Shown: positions 36,017 through 44,887 of the stretch, piece after piece
How positions within the stretch are numbered: position 1 is the stretch's first letter
Layout of the letters: every line of letters begins with the position of its first letter
Assembly: GCA_000708835.1 (NCBI GenBank)
Contig: DF237614.1
Location: 1-46,880 of the forward strand
Origin: Klebsormidium nitens
Lineage: Eukaryota > Plantae > Klebsormidiophyceae
DNA: 46,880 bases
Direction of reading: 5' to 3'
Notes under the pieces: generated by a model
Database searches by the model: none
Told to the model about the DNA's origin: nothing
Seen by the model: only the letters and a program-made list of their open reading frames with translations
Made by a program: the position numbers and the translations under genes

Positions 36017-36858
36017 ATGGCTTCTCTCCTCGATTGCGCAGCCATCTCGTGGGCTGCATACACCGGCCTCGCGGGAATAAACAGAGAGCTGCCTGACTCG
36101 TGCAGAGACCTACTGCTCGGTTACGAGATCCGGGATGTGGCGGAGGGTGTCGTGATGGCGAAGAGGGGCAAGAGCGTCGTCCTCGCATTCAGGGGCACCG
36201 TGAGCTGGAGAGACATCGGAAGCGACCTCGAGCTATGGAGGAGGGAGCCCTGTAGGAAGATAACGAAGGTGGATGGCGCGTTGGTCCACGATGGTTTCGC
36301 CGACGCCTACCGCCGAGTCGCATGCAGTTGCATAGCCATCCTCGAGCATACCTTGGGAAAAGACGATCCATGACGGTGACGGGTCATTCAATGGGGGCAG
36401 TCGAGGCCCAGCTCTGCGCTCTGCACGTGGCGAGTGCGCTCGACATCAAGGACGTCCGTTGCGTGACCTTTGGTTCGCCAGGAGTGGGCAACGCAGCCTT
36501 CGTATCGGCCTTCTCTTCGGTGGTAAAGGAAAGCGTGAGGGTCGCCCACGTGCTCGATCCTATACCCAAGATCCTGCCTGCTGCTTATTTCGTGCAGACG
36601 CCCGAGCTTCAATCGGTGAAGGGGGAAGCCACGGTGAGCAGAGTGGCGAGCTCTGGCTTTTTGAGTCAACTATGGGGTAAGTTGCTACAGCTCGTGGAGG
36701 GGGACATGCGCTACCACAGGCTGGCCACGTACATCGCGTGTCTGCGTGAAGAATCGGCTACCGAACGTGCACCTCAGGATGTAAAGTCTGACGAGACCGA
36801 AGAAGAATACCACGCAGATTCGACGGGCATGCCGGAAGGCTCTCCGACGGACGCTTGA
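36017..36858 (+). pseudogene. Class 3 lipase with a -1 frameshift near 36367-36372
   Basis: LAFRGT, VHDGF, GHSMG nucleophile elbow, TFGSPGVGN, DPIP and the His in YHRL, split over two overlapping frames. Confidence 0.88.
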
Positions 36859-36956
36859 GCGGACTTTTCGCGGTTTCGTCGTTTGTCCTTCTTCGATATT
36901 ACAGTCTGTCCAGAGTAAATGGCACACCTTTTCTTTCAGCGATCGAACCGTCCGAG

Positions 36957-37232
36957 CTCCGAGAGCTCCTAGATCACCACGTGGTGGCCACATGCGTCTG
37001 AACTCCAAGAGCTTCTAGTTCGCCACGTGGTGGCAACAGGCGTCCGAACTCTGAGGGCTTCTAGTTCGCCACGTGGTGACCACAGGCGTCCGAACTCCGA
37101 GGGCTTCTAGTTCGCCACGTGGTGGCCACAGGCGTCCGAACTCCGAGGGCTTCTAGTTCGCCACGTGGTGGCCACAGGCGTCCGAACTCCGAGGGCTTCT
37201 TGTTCGCCACGTGGTGGCCACAGGCGTCCGAA
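36957..37232. repeat. Six tandem 46-bp units, each with a CCACGTGG G-box
   Basis: Consensus CTCCGAGGGCTTCTAGTTCGCCACGTGGTGGCCACAGGCGTCCGAA; units start at 36957, 37003, 37049, 37095, 37141 and 37187. Confidence 0.97.
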
Positions 37233-37279
37233 CGACTTCAGTCCGAAAGGTTCTTCACTTCGGACGACCTCTCTCGGAG

Positions 37280-37285
37280 TATAAA
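37280..37285 (+). promoter_or_regulatory. Putative TATA box of Fanzor 1
   Basis: GAGTATAAATG is conserved in both elements (42825-42830), ~40 bp upstream of the likely ATG. Confidence 0.5.
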
Positions 37286-37320
37286 TGCAAGAAAGATGTC
37301 ATTTTCACAAACATTCCCAG

Positions 37321-39219
37321 ATGGAGGAAGGAGCAGATGACTGCGAGAAGGCGCAGAGGAAGCGTCCAGATATCACTCTCCGAAGAGCACTCCGGAAGGA
37401 CAAGGAGACATCCGTGGTCCAGACGGGATGGAAGTTCCTCTGCCAGGAACGCGGCATAAGAGATCGGATCGAGGAGATCATCCCGGAGGTGACCCGCATC
37501 CGAGTCGAGACATGCCTCCTGCTCAATCTCCACTTCATCCGCCTCCTGGATGAGGGACGGCCCATACCCGTCATCGACCAGAACTTGGTCGGACGTGCTA
37601 TGCAGTGTACGTACTCCAAGAATCCGCAAGCGGACCCAGACCTCCACGAGACATTCGTCCACCACTACCTCCCCCTCTGCCCCAACCGTCCGAACAACGG
37701 CTGTCTCCCTCGCATCACCAACGTCCTCCTGGACCTCCGCAACCAGCTCCTCAGCAACATCAAGAATCACGTCGCGGTCCTCTTCCAGTCACGACACCGG
37801 GCCTTCATGAAGCTACTCCTCCGAGAAGCAGCTCCTGAGGTGCCGTTCTTCGGGGACGCGGACGAGGATCTGGAGTCATGCACCCGGCTGCTGACGACCG
37901 CCACGTTGTGGCGTCCGAACGAGAGCGTTCGAGAGCTGCTGCCGGAGTATCCTCGCATCTACGGAAAGATCCCCGAGGCAGCCATCGAGTGCCTGCAAGA
38001 TCTGGTCGACTCCGTCAGGCCGGAGGTTGGGCCGCGGCCTGCGGCGCCCCAGAGCAGACCTCACCTCTACATGCCCTGGATGAGGACCATCAGCGAGGAG
38101 TTCTCGGACCGCGACCTGTGGTCATTCTCCCTCGTGCCTCATGCCTCCTTCTCTGCACCCTTCATCGCGATCACTCCCACCACATGGCCCGAGCTGCAGC
38201 CCAAGACCGGCAAGAGAAAGGCTCCCGGAGAGCTCCGCGATGCTTTTCCCTCCATCGGACGGCTGGAGAGCGGTGGGAAGACCTTCGCAGACCGGATCAC
38301 CACGGACGGAGTGTCTACAAGCGTGTATTTCTTGGTGGAGAAGAGGACGCCCCCTCCGGAGGACAGAGTGGTCCACATCCACCCCGAGCAGCGCGTGGTG
38401 GGATTGGATCCAGGAAAGCACCCAGACTTCCTCACCGGCATTGCCGTGACCGGAGATTGGGACGGAATCGAGCGCCAGGAAGAGATCATCGGTCTGGGAA
38501 CCCGGGACTTCTACCACCGAGCGGGTTTCAAGAAGCGGACGTCCCTCATGCACTCCTGGATGTCCAGAGACCTGGATGTAGCAGCCTTCAACAAGGATGC
38601 TCCTTCGGGGAACACCGTGAGCCTGGAGGACTTCGGGAAGAGGGTGACCTTCGTCTGTGCGAACCTGTACGTCCTAGTACGCTTTCACACCGCGAGGAGG
38701 GTCCGGAAGCTGAGACGGCGAGTGACGATCCAGAGGCAGATCGAGGTGGACAGAGCTTGCAGGGCGATCACGGCAGGGAAGAAGACCGTGGTGGCTTTCG
38801 GAGCAGCACAGGTGTGGGCGGGCAGGACCAAGAGGCAGTGTGGGCCATGCGAGTCGGTGAAGAGGCGCCTCAGCAGCCACCACAAAGCGACGGTGGTCAT
38901 GATAGATGAGTTCAGGACAAGCCAGGTCTGCAGCACGTGCCACTCGGACGTCGACAAGTTCGCCGTGCTCAAGAGGCAGCGGGTGATGGAGGATGGACTC
39001 CCGACGGTGACCGAAGGAGGGCGTCGCAAGGACGATGACGAGGACGGAGGAGGGAGGACAAGCTACAAGACGTGCCACAACGTGCGAGCGTGTACGAACC
39101 CGCTCTGTCGCATGGTGTGGAATAGAGACGTCAACGCAGCTCGTAACATAGCTTGGATCTGTATGAGCATAGTCAGAGGCGAGGGCAGGCCAGCGGAGTT
39201 CACGAGAGCAGGAATGTGA
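37321..39219 (+). CDS. Fanzor: Fanzor1-type RNA-guided endonuclease (TnpB-like), ~632 aa
   Basis: RuvC-I VVGLDPG, RuvC-II position VAFG with relocated Glu in IDEFRTS, CSTC..CTNPLC zinc finger, RuvC-III NRDVNAARNI, basic N-terminal KRKR-like segment. The upstream ATG at 37285 overlaps the TATA motif. Confidence 0.95.
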   Translation: MEEGADDCEKAQRKRPDITLRRALRKDKETSVVQTGWKFLCQERGIRDRIEEIIPEVTRIRVETCLLLNLHFIRLLDEGRPIPVIDQNLVGRAMQCTYSKNPQADPDLHETFVHHYLPLCPNRPNNGCLPRITNVLLDLRNQLLSNIKNHVAVLFQSRHRAFMKLLLREAAPEVPFFGDADEDLESCTRLLTTATLWRPNESVRELLPEYPRIYGKIPEAAIECLQDLVDSVRPEVGPRPAAPQSRPHLYMPWMRTISEEFSDRDLWSFSLVPHASFSAPFIAITPTTWPELQPKTGKRKAPGELRDAFPSIGRLESGGKTFADRITTDGVSTSVYFLVEKRTPPPEDRVVHIHPEQRVVGLDPGKHPDFLTGIAVTGDWDGIERQEEIIGLGTRDFYHRAGFKKRTSLMHSWMSRDLDVAAFNKDAPSGNTVSLEDFGKRVTFVCANLYVLVRFHTARRVRKLRRRVTIQRQIEVDRACRAITAGKKTVVAFGAAQVWAGRTKRQCGPCESVKRRLSSHHKATVVMIDEFRTSQVCSTCHSDVDKFAVLKRQRVMEDGLPTVTEGGRRKDDDEDGGGRTSYKTCHNVRACTNPLCRMVWNRDVNAARNIAWICMSIVRGEGRPAEFTRAGM

Positions 39220-39243
39220 GGATGACTGAGAATTAGTCGAAAG

Positions 39244-39343
39244 ACATAGCTGCCTAGAAACGAGTTCATCTAGGCACTTCGGTGAGAATCCGAGATACGG
39301 CTGGGTACTGTGGCGAGTGTGCCATTTTACTCTGAACAGACTG
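39244..39343 (+). ncRNA. Conserved 3' part of the Fanzor omega/fRNA scaffold (guide expected immediately 3')
   Basis: 100 nt, 96% identical to 44788-44887; hairpin TGCCTAGA/TCTAGGCA, cUUCGg motif, GAGT(G/A)..TACTC stem. The 5' boundary is unknown. Confidence 0.8.
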
Positions 39344-39400
39344 TATCCCTCGAGAGTATCAGACCCCGTCCTCGGGGCAAATCTGGGCACGTATAAGGAC

Positions 39401-40567
39401 ATGCCTATAGGGCTCGCCATATGGAGAGACCCCACTAATCGCTTCGTGTGCAAGTCGGAGCCCCTGGGTACTGGTGGGAGCAAGAGAGTGTACCGAGCAT
39501 TCGACAGAAAGACGGGCCGCGAGGTCGCTTGGAGCAGGGCTCCATTGCCGTCAGAGGGTACGAGGGAGACCACAGACATACTCGACGAGATCGATATGAT
39601 GAAATCGCTGGACCACCCTAACATCGTGAAGTTGATCAGCTTCTGGATAGAGAAGCGGACGAACGAGGTGATCCTCATAACCGATTTATATCACGGATCT
39701 CTGGATGCCTACGTTCGCAAGCATGGCAAGCAGGAACCGTGCGTGATACGAAAGTGGACTATCCAGATCTGCGAGGCAATAGAGTATCTGCACTGTCACT
39801 TTGAGAATCCGATCGCTCACCGCGACATAAAGTGCGCCAATATATTCGTGAACAACTACACGGGCGACGTCGCCCTAGGAGACTTAGGCTTCGCGACGAT
39901 GATGAGCAGGTCCAAGTCCGATCGTTCCGTCCTCGGTACGGCTCACTTCATCGCACCCGAGGTCCTCAGCGGCCGCGCCAGCCGCAAGGGCGACATCTAC
40001 TCGCTGGGCATGACGCTGATCGAGATGGCTACGCTGAAGAAGCCCTACTCCATGATCAAGAATCAGAGTCAGCTGTACATGCTGGTCCTGGACGGTGCCT
40101 CTCCGGACGAACTCGTCTTCATAAAGAACAAGAATCTTCGGGCACTCGTGGAAAAGTGCATCAGGCCCTTAGAGACGAGACCTTCGATCGGGGAGGTGCT
40201 GAGAGAACCTTTCATCACGGACTGGTTCCCACTAAAAGATTTCGCAGATCGAGACGTGTCAAAGATACTATCTAGCACTTCGAGTATACGAGTGATGGCA
40301 AAGTGCGGCGCAAAGACCGCATCCGGTAAGACCTGTCGTAGGACCGTGTCTTCCGGTCATAAGCGGTGCTATCAACACAAGCGGGCCAAGTCCGGCAGAA
40401 GAGCAGTGCCAAAGAGAATGACCATGAGAGCTCACCCTGCCAACGCCGACCGCATCCATCGGCTGACCGAGAAGCTTCTGAGAAAGGGTCTCACCAGAGC
40501 GGAGATGAAGGAGCTGAAGCGGCGCGTGAGGTCTAGGGACGAGATGATGAGATCGTTCTGGCTCTGA
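39401..40567 (+). CDS. WNK: WNK-family Ser/Thr kinase with C-terminal CCCH zinc-ribbon/basic extension
   Basis: Lys in the Gly-loop (LGTGGSKRVYRAFD), VAWS at the usual VAIK position, HRDIKCANIFVN, GDLG, GTAHFIAPE; intronless; tail C..KT.SG.TC.R.V...C.QH. Confidence 0.88.
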   Translation: MPIGLAIWRDPTNRFVCKSEPLGTGGSKRVYRAFDRKTGREVAWSRAPLPSEGTRETTDILDEIDMMKSLDHPNIVKLISFWIEKRTNEVILITDLYHGSLDAYVRKHGKQEPCVIRKWTIQICEAIEYLHCHFENPIAHRDIKCANIFVNNYTGDVALGDLGFATMMSRSKSDRSVLGTAHFIAPEVLSGRASRKGDIYSLGMTLIEMATLKKPYSMIKNQSQLYMLVLDGASPDELVFIKNKNLRALVEKCIRPLETRPSIGEVLREPFITDWFPLKDFADRDVSKILSSTSSIRVMAKCGAKTASGKTCRRTVSSGHKRCYQHKRAKSGRRAVPKRMTMRAHPANADRIHRLTEKLLRKGLTRAEMKELKRRVRSRDEMMRSFWL

Positions 40568-40613
40568 AACCCGCCTCGCCTATTCCTGCGCCGTCATGTC
40601 GCAAACTATATCC

Positions 40614-42590
40614 CTATCCCGACCTGGTGTTAAGGTCTGAGGCATCGGCCCTAGGGGTTCTATCCCGCGGCGAAAGAAAGGGGGGTGGTAGATCATGCAA
40701 TGCGTCATCCTGCACGAATTTTATCTTGGTAACCCCATCTGCCAACAGATCTAGCTCGGCGAGTGCCTTCATGACGGTGAGCATCAGCCGGTTCTTATTG
40801 GCCAGTCTGACGTCGACTTGCTGAAAATTCGTGCGATGCGACACGAGAAAAGTTAGTAGTATCTTTTCGTTATCAAACTGCTTCATGTTCAACGTCACCT
40901 TTGGGTACCATTGCTCTGGGTTCGCTTGAAGAAAGCGCAAGATGCACGCTCTCATCTCTTCGATCTTCTTCTGGGGGGTGCCCCAGCCCAGCGCCAGATC
41001 GATGAGCTCGATCTGATCGGGGGACCTGTAGTAGTTGCTGATGACCTTCAGAGCCAGTTGATTGTTGCTGTAGTATACCTTGCTGTTGTCCGCTGCTAGG
41101 AGGATCGTGGACAGCAGCTGCATCTCTTCCACCACGTAAGTTTGCCCGTCCACCCTGATGATATCCGAAACGTCAAAGGGGTGCGTAACAAAGAGGAAGA
41201 TTATGGACTCGAATACGGTCTTGCAGGTGTTGCCAAAGACGAATAGGGAGGCCAGGAAGGATCCCGACGTGACGACGAGCAGCTTCTGCACGTTGACGTT
41301 GAGCACGAAGAGGCACATAAGGACGACGATAACTCCCACCACCCAATCCAACAGCCTGCTGAGGGATCTTATCGCAGTCTTCGTGTCGCTCAACGTCAGA
41401 GCCAATGCCTTCCGCTCGCGCACTACGTTGATGAGCCAGTTTTCGAACGATTCGCACGTCACCACGCCCTCCTCGCTCTCAAAGGCCTGGAAAGCCCGCT
41501 CGGCGTCGTTCTCCTCCAAAAAATGGAACAGGTCATGAATCACCATATGGTGTCTCCCCTCTGGTACCACATTCTTGAAGATGTCCCTCGCGGCGTCCCG
41601 TCCGTGCTCCTCGCTCCGGACGTCCCTCTGCTGCTGCGTGGAGATGGTCGTGATCTTGGTGCTGCGCACGAAGCGCATGATGCTCTGGAACGTCCGAACG
41701 CCGAGTTGCCCCTGAGAGAGCGTAGCCAGGACTCCCACCTCCTCGTGGGGTTCGCCGCGTATGCCGGTCGTCGCTGAGTCTACCTCGATCCTTGAAGATC
41801 TATTGAGCATGTAAGCAGGTATGGAGAGTCGTTCTATGACGTAGTGGTCGAACATGGCGTCCCTGATCCTCTCGAAGTAGGCCTTTCTATGAAATGCGTT
41901 CGCGAGGATCTTGATGAATATCACTTTTCCCGCCATCACGAGGGTGGCGATCTGAGTGCACACTAGTATCTGATTCACCTTGACTGGTATCTTGCCCACG
42001 ATCTTCCTCCTCCCGTTGAAGAGGAGCGTCCAGACGCACAGGACTTGCAGGCACCAGATCACGTTCCAGGCGGACCTTCGCACGCCGTAAGCCACATACA
42101 GTATCTTTCCGTTGTCCTTGAAGATCATCTGGAGTAAGAAGATCATCGTGTATACCAGAACCCTCCCTATGAGCCTGCCCGAGAGCAGCGTCAGGAGCAG
42201 GACGGTCCACTTCCAGACCTCCAGCTCCGAGATGGTGGACCTAGAGAAGAAGAGCAGGGAGATCACGATCTGCGTTACCAAGTATCCACCCAGCGCCATC
42301 TGCCCATACGCGAGCAATCTCCTCGAGAGACGGGTCTCGCGTACCGTGGATGGGGATCGAGGATTCTCCTCGTCCTCCTCACCCTCCTCATCCTCCGAGA
42401 GGGCTCCCAAGATCGACGTCTTTTGTACCTCGCCGGTCTTTATGGCGTCCAAGACCGCGGAGTGTGGTACGCTGTGCATGTTTCCCTGCAGCGGTCCGCT
42501 CACCAAAACCGTGGGTTCGAAGTCACGAGACTTGGTCATCGACGCCCGCCGCCCGAATTTCAGGGAAGCGCTTCGCTTGTAGTCCTGCAT
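40614..42590 (-). CDS. MSL: MscS-like mechanosensitive channel, plant MSL4-10 type (~658 aa)
   Basis: Multiple TM segments; FVFGNTCKTVFESIIFLFVTHPFDVSD, VVEEMQLLST and KVYYSN..ISNYYRSPD; intronless. The start is taken at MQDYK because the longer ORF begins inside the transposon. Confidence 0.92.
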   Translation of the reverse strand: MQDYKRSASLKFGRRASMTKSRDFEPTVLVSGPLQGNMHSVPHSAVLDAIKTGEVQKTSILGALSEDEEGEEDEENPRSPSTVRETRLSRRLLAYGQMALGGYLVTQIVISLLFFSRSTISELEVWKWTVLLLTLLSGRLIGRVLVYTMIFLLQMIFKDNGKILYVAYGVRRSAWNVIWCLQVLCVWTLLFNGRRKIVGKIPVKVNQILVCTQIATLVMAGKVIFIKILANAFHRKAYFERIRDAMFDHYVIERLSIPAYMLNRSSRIEVDSATTGIRGEPHEEVGVLATLSQGQLGVRTFQSIMRFVRSTKITTISTQQQRDVRSEEHGRDAARDIFKNVVPEGRHHMVIHDLFHFLEENDAERAFQAFESEEGVVTCESFENWLINVVRERKALALTLSDTKTAIRSLSRLLDWVVGVIVVLMCLFVLNVNVQKLLVVTSGSFLASLFVFGNTCKTVFESIIFLFVTHPFDVSDIIRVDGQTYVVEEMQLLSTILLAADNSKVYYSNNQLALKVISNYYRSPDQIELIDLALGWGTPQKKIEEMRACILRFLQANPEQWYPKVTLNMKQFDNEKILLTFLVSHRTNFQQVDVRLANKNRLMLTVMKALAELDLLADGVTKIKFVQDDALHDLPPPFLSPRDRTPRADASDLNTRSG

Positions 42591-42865
42591 CTCCTCATTT
42601 TCCACCAGAAAATTACCGTCTGTCCAGAGTAAAATGGCACACCTTTTTTTTCCAGCGATCGGACCGTCCGAGCTCCGAGAGCGTCTGAACTTCAAAAGGC
42701 CTCTGGGTTGCCACATAGTGGCTACAGGTATCCAAAGTCCGAGAGCGTCTAGTTCGCCAAGTGGTGGCCACGGGCGTCCGAACGACTTCAGCCCGAAAGG
42801 ACCTTCGGACAACCCCTCACGGAGTATAAATGTCAGAAAGATGTCATTTCCACAAACATTCCCAG

Positions 42866-44770
42866 ATGGACGAAGGGGCAAATGACTCCGAGACGGCGAA
42901 GAGGAAGCGTCCAGATATCACTCTCCGAAGAGCACTCAGGAAGGACAAGGAGACATCCGTGGTTCAGACGGGATGGAAGTTCCTCTGTCAAGATCTCGGC
43001 ATAAGAGATCGGATCGAGGAGATCATCCCGGAGGTGACTCGCATCCGAGTCGAGACTTGCCTCCTGCTCAACCTCCACTTCATCCGCCTTCTGAATGACG
43101 GACGGCCCATACCCGTCATCGACCAGAACTTGGTCGGACGTGCTATGCAGTGTACGTACTCCAAGAATCCGCAAGCAGACCCAGACCTCCACGAGACATT
43201 CGCCCACCACTACCTCCCCCTCTGCACCAATCGTCCGAACAACGGCTGCCTCCCTCGTATCACCAACGTCCTCCTGGACCTCCGCAACCAGCTCCTTAGC
43301 AACATCAAGAATCATATCGCGGTCCTCTTCCAGTCAAGACACAGGGCCTTCATGAAGCTACTCCTCCGAGAGGCTTCTCCAGATGTGCCGTTCTTTGGGG
43401 ACACGGACGAGGATCTGGAGTCGTGCACCCGGCTGCTGACGACCGCAACGTTGTGGCGTCCGAACGAGAGCGTCCAAGAGCTGCTCCCGGAGTATCCTCG
43501 TATCGACGGCAGGATTCCAGAGGCAGCCATCGAGCACCTGCAGGATCTCGTGGAGTCCGTCAGGCCGCAGGTCGGGCCGCTGCCGGCAGCACCTCAGAGC
43601 AGACCTCACCTCTACATGCCCTGGATGAGGATCATCAGCGAGGAGTTCTCGGACCGCGTGCTGCGGTCTTTCTCCCTCGTGCCTCACGCCTCCTTCTCTG
43701 CACCTTTCATCGCCATCACCCCTACCACGTGGCCCGAGCTGCAGCCAAAGAGCGGCAAGAGAAAGGCTCCGGGAGTGCTCCGCGATGCTTTTCCCTCCAT
43801 CGGACGGCTGGAGAGCGGTGGGAAGAGATTCGCGGACCGGATCACCACGGATGGAGTGTCCGCTAGTGTGTACTTCTTGGTGGAGAAGAGGACGCCCTCT
43901 CCGCAAGACCGAGCGGTGCATATTCACCCCAAGCAGCGCGTGGTGGGGCTGGACCCAGGAAAGCACCCTGACTTCCTCACGGGCATCGCCGTGACGGGCG
44001 ACTGGGATGGCATCGCGCATCAGGAGGAGGTCATCGGCCTGGGAACCCGGGATTTCTACCACCGAGCAGGATTCGAGAAGCGGACGTCCCTCATGCACTC
44101 CTGGATGTCCAGAGACCTGGACGTGGCAGCCTTCAACAAAGATGCTCCTCCCGGGAACACCGTGAGCCTGGAGGAGTTCGGGAAGAGGGTGAGCTTCGTT
44201 ATGGCGAGCTTGTACGACCTGGTACGCTTTCATACAGCGAGGAGGGTCCGAAAGCTGAGGCGGAGAGTGACGATCAAGAGACAGATCGAGGTGGACAGAG
44301 CGTGCAAGAGGATCACGGCAGGGAAGAAGACCGTGGTGGCTTTCGGGGCCGCAGAGGTGTGGGCGGGCAGGACCAAGAGGCAGTGTGGGCCATGCGAGTC
44401 GGTGAAGAGACGACTCAGCAGCCATCACGGGGCGACGGTGGTCATGATAGACGAGTTCAGGACGAGCCAGGTGTGCAGCACGTGCCACTCGGACGTAGGG
44501 AAATTCGCCGTGCTGAAGAGGCAGCGGGTGATGGAGGATGGACTCCCGACGGTGACCGAAGGAGGGCGTCGTGAGGACGAGGACGAGGAAGGAGGAGGGA
44601 GGACGAGCTACAAGACGTGCCACAACGTGCGAGCGTGTACTAACCCGCTATGTCGCATTGTGTGGAACAGAGACGTCAATGCAGCTCGCAACATAGCTTG
44701 GATCTGTATGAGCATAGCGAGAGGCGAGGACAGGCCAGCAGGGTTCACGAGAGCAGGAGTCTGGCAATGA
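42866..44770 (+). CDS. Fanzor: Fanzor1-type endonuclease, second copy, ~634 aa
   Basis: Same catalytic motifs intact; about 57 amino-acid differences from copy 1 by manual count (~91% identity). Confidence 0.95.
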   Translation: MDEGANDSETAKRKRPDITLRRALRKDKETSVVQTGWKFLCQDLGIRDRIEEIIPEVTRIRVETCLLLNLHFIRLLNDGRPIPVIDQNLVGRAMQCTYSKNPQADPDLHETFAHHYLPLCTNRPNNGCLPRITNVLLDLRNQLLSNIKNHIAVLFQSRHRAFMKLLLREASPDVPFFGDTDEDLESCTRLLTTATLWRPNESVQELLPEYPRIDGRIPEAAIEHLQDLVESVRPQVGPLPAAPQSRPHLYMPWMRIISEEFSDRVLRSFSLVPHASFSAPFIAITPTTWPELQPKSGKRKAPGVLRDAFPSIGRLESGGKRFADRITTDGVSASVYFLVEKRTPSPQDRAVHIHPKQRVVGLDPGKHPDFLTGIAVTGDWDGIAHQEEVIGLGTRDFYHRAGFEKRTSLMHSWMSRDLDVAAFNKDAPPGNTVSLEEFGKRVSFVMASLYDLVRFHTARRVRKLRRRVTIKRQIEVDRACKRITAGKKTVVAFGAAEVWAGRTKRQCGPCESVKRRLSSHHGATVVMIDEFRTSQVCSTCHSDVGKFAVLKRQRVMEDGLPTVTEGGRREDEDEEGGGRTSYKTCHNVRACTNPLCRIVWNRDVNAARNIAWICMSIARGEDRPAGFTRAGVWQ

Positions 44771-44787
44771 GAGATATATAGTTCAAT

Positions 44788-44887
44788 ACATAGCTGCCTA
44801 GAAACGTGTTCATCTAGGCACTTCGGTGAGAATCCGAGATACGGCAGGGTACTGTGGCGAGTATGCAATTTTACTCTGAACAGACTG
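44788..44887 (+). ncRNA. Conserved 3' part of the Fanzor omega/fRNA scaffold, copy 2
   Basis: Same hairpins as copy 1 (44795-44802/44813-44820); ends at the TIR. Confidence 0.8.

Larger units (their letters stand above)
36902..39343 (+). mobile_element. Fanzor element 1 (2442 bp), Tc1/mariner-type ends, no transposase
   Basis: TA|CAGTCTGTCCAGAGTAAATGGCACAC ... GTGTGCCATTTTACTCTGAACAGACTG|TA; 26/27-bp TIR with 1 mismatch and 1 indel; TA TSD at 36900-01 and 39344-45. Confidence 0.92.
42616..44887 (+). mobile_element. Fanzor element 2 (2272 bp), no transposase
   Basis: TA|CCGTCTGTCCAGAGTAAAATGGCACAC ... GTATGCAATTTTACTCTGAACAGACTG|TA; 27-bp TIR with 4 mismatches; TA at 42614-15 and 44888-89; only ~2.4 degenerate 46-bp units. 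Confidence 0.92.

Noticed and set aside
36957-37232. CRISPR-like array next to a Cas12-related nuclease
   Set aside because: The units are contiguous and near-identical over all 46 bp, with no unique spacers
39317-39400. N-terminal extension of the kinase in ORF 39317..40567
   Set aside because: It starts at a GTG within the right TIR of element 1; the first ATG is at 39401
42591-42881. N-terminal extension of MSL in ORF 40614..42881
   Set aside because: It lies almost entirely inside the Fanzor 2 left end, beyond the TA duplication
37255-44623. Long alternative-frame and antisense ORFs over the Fanzors (e.g. 37878..38909, 38674..39678, 43358..44623)
   Set aside because: Shadows of GC-rich coding sequence; no transposase DDE/D or other motif found, and they are not conserved as open frames between copies
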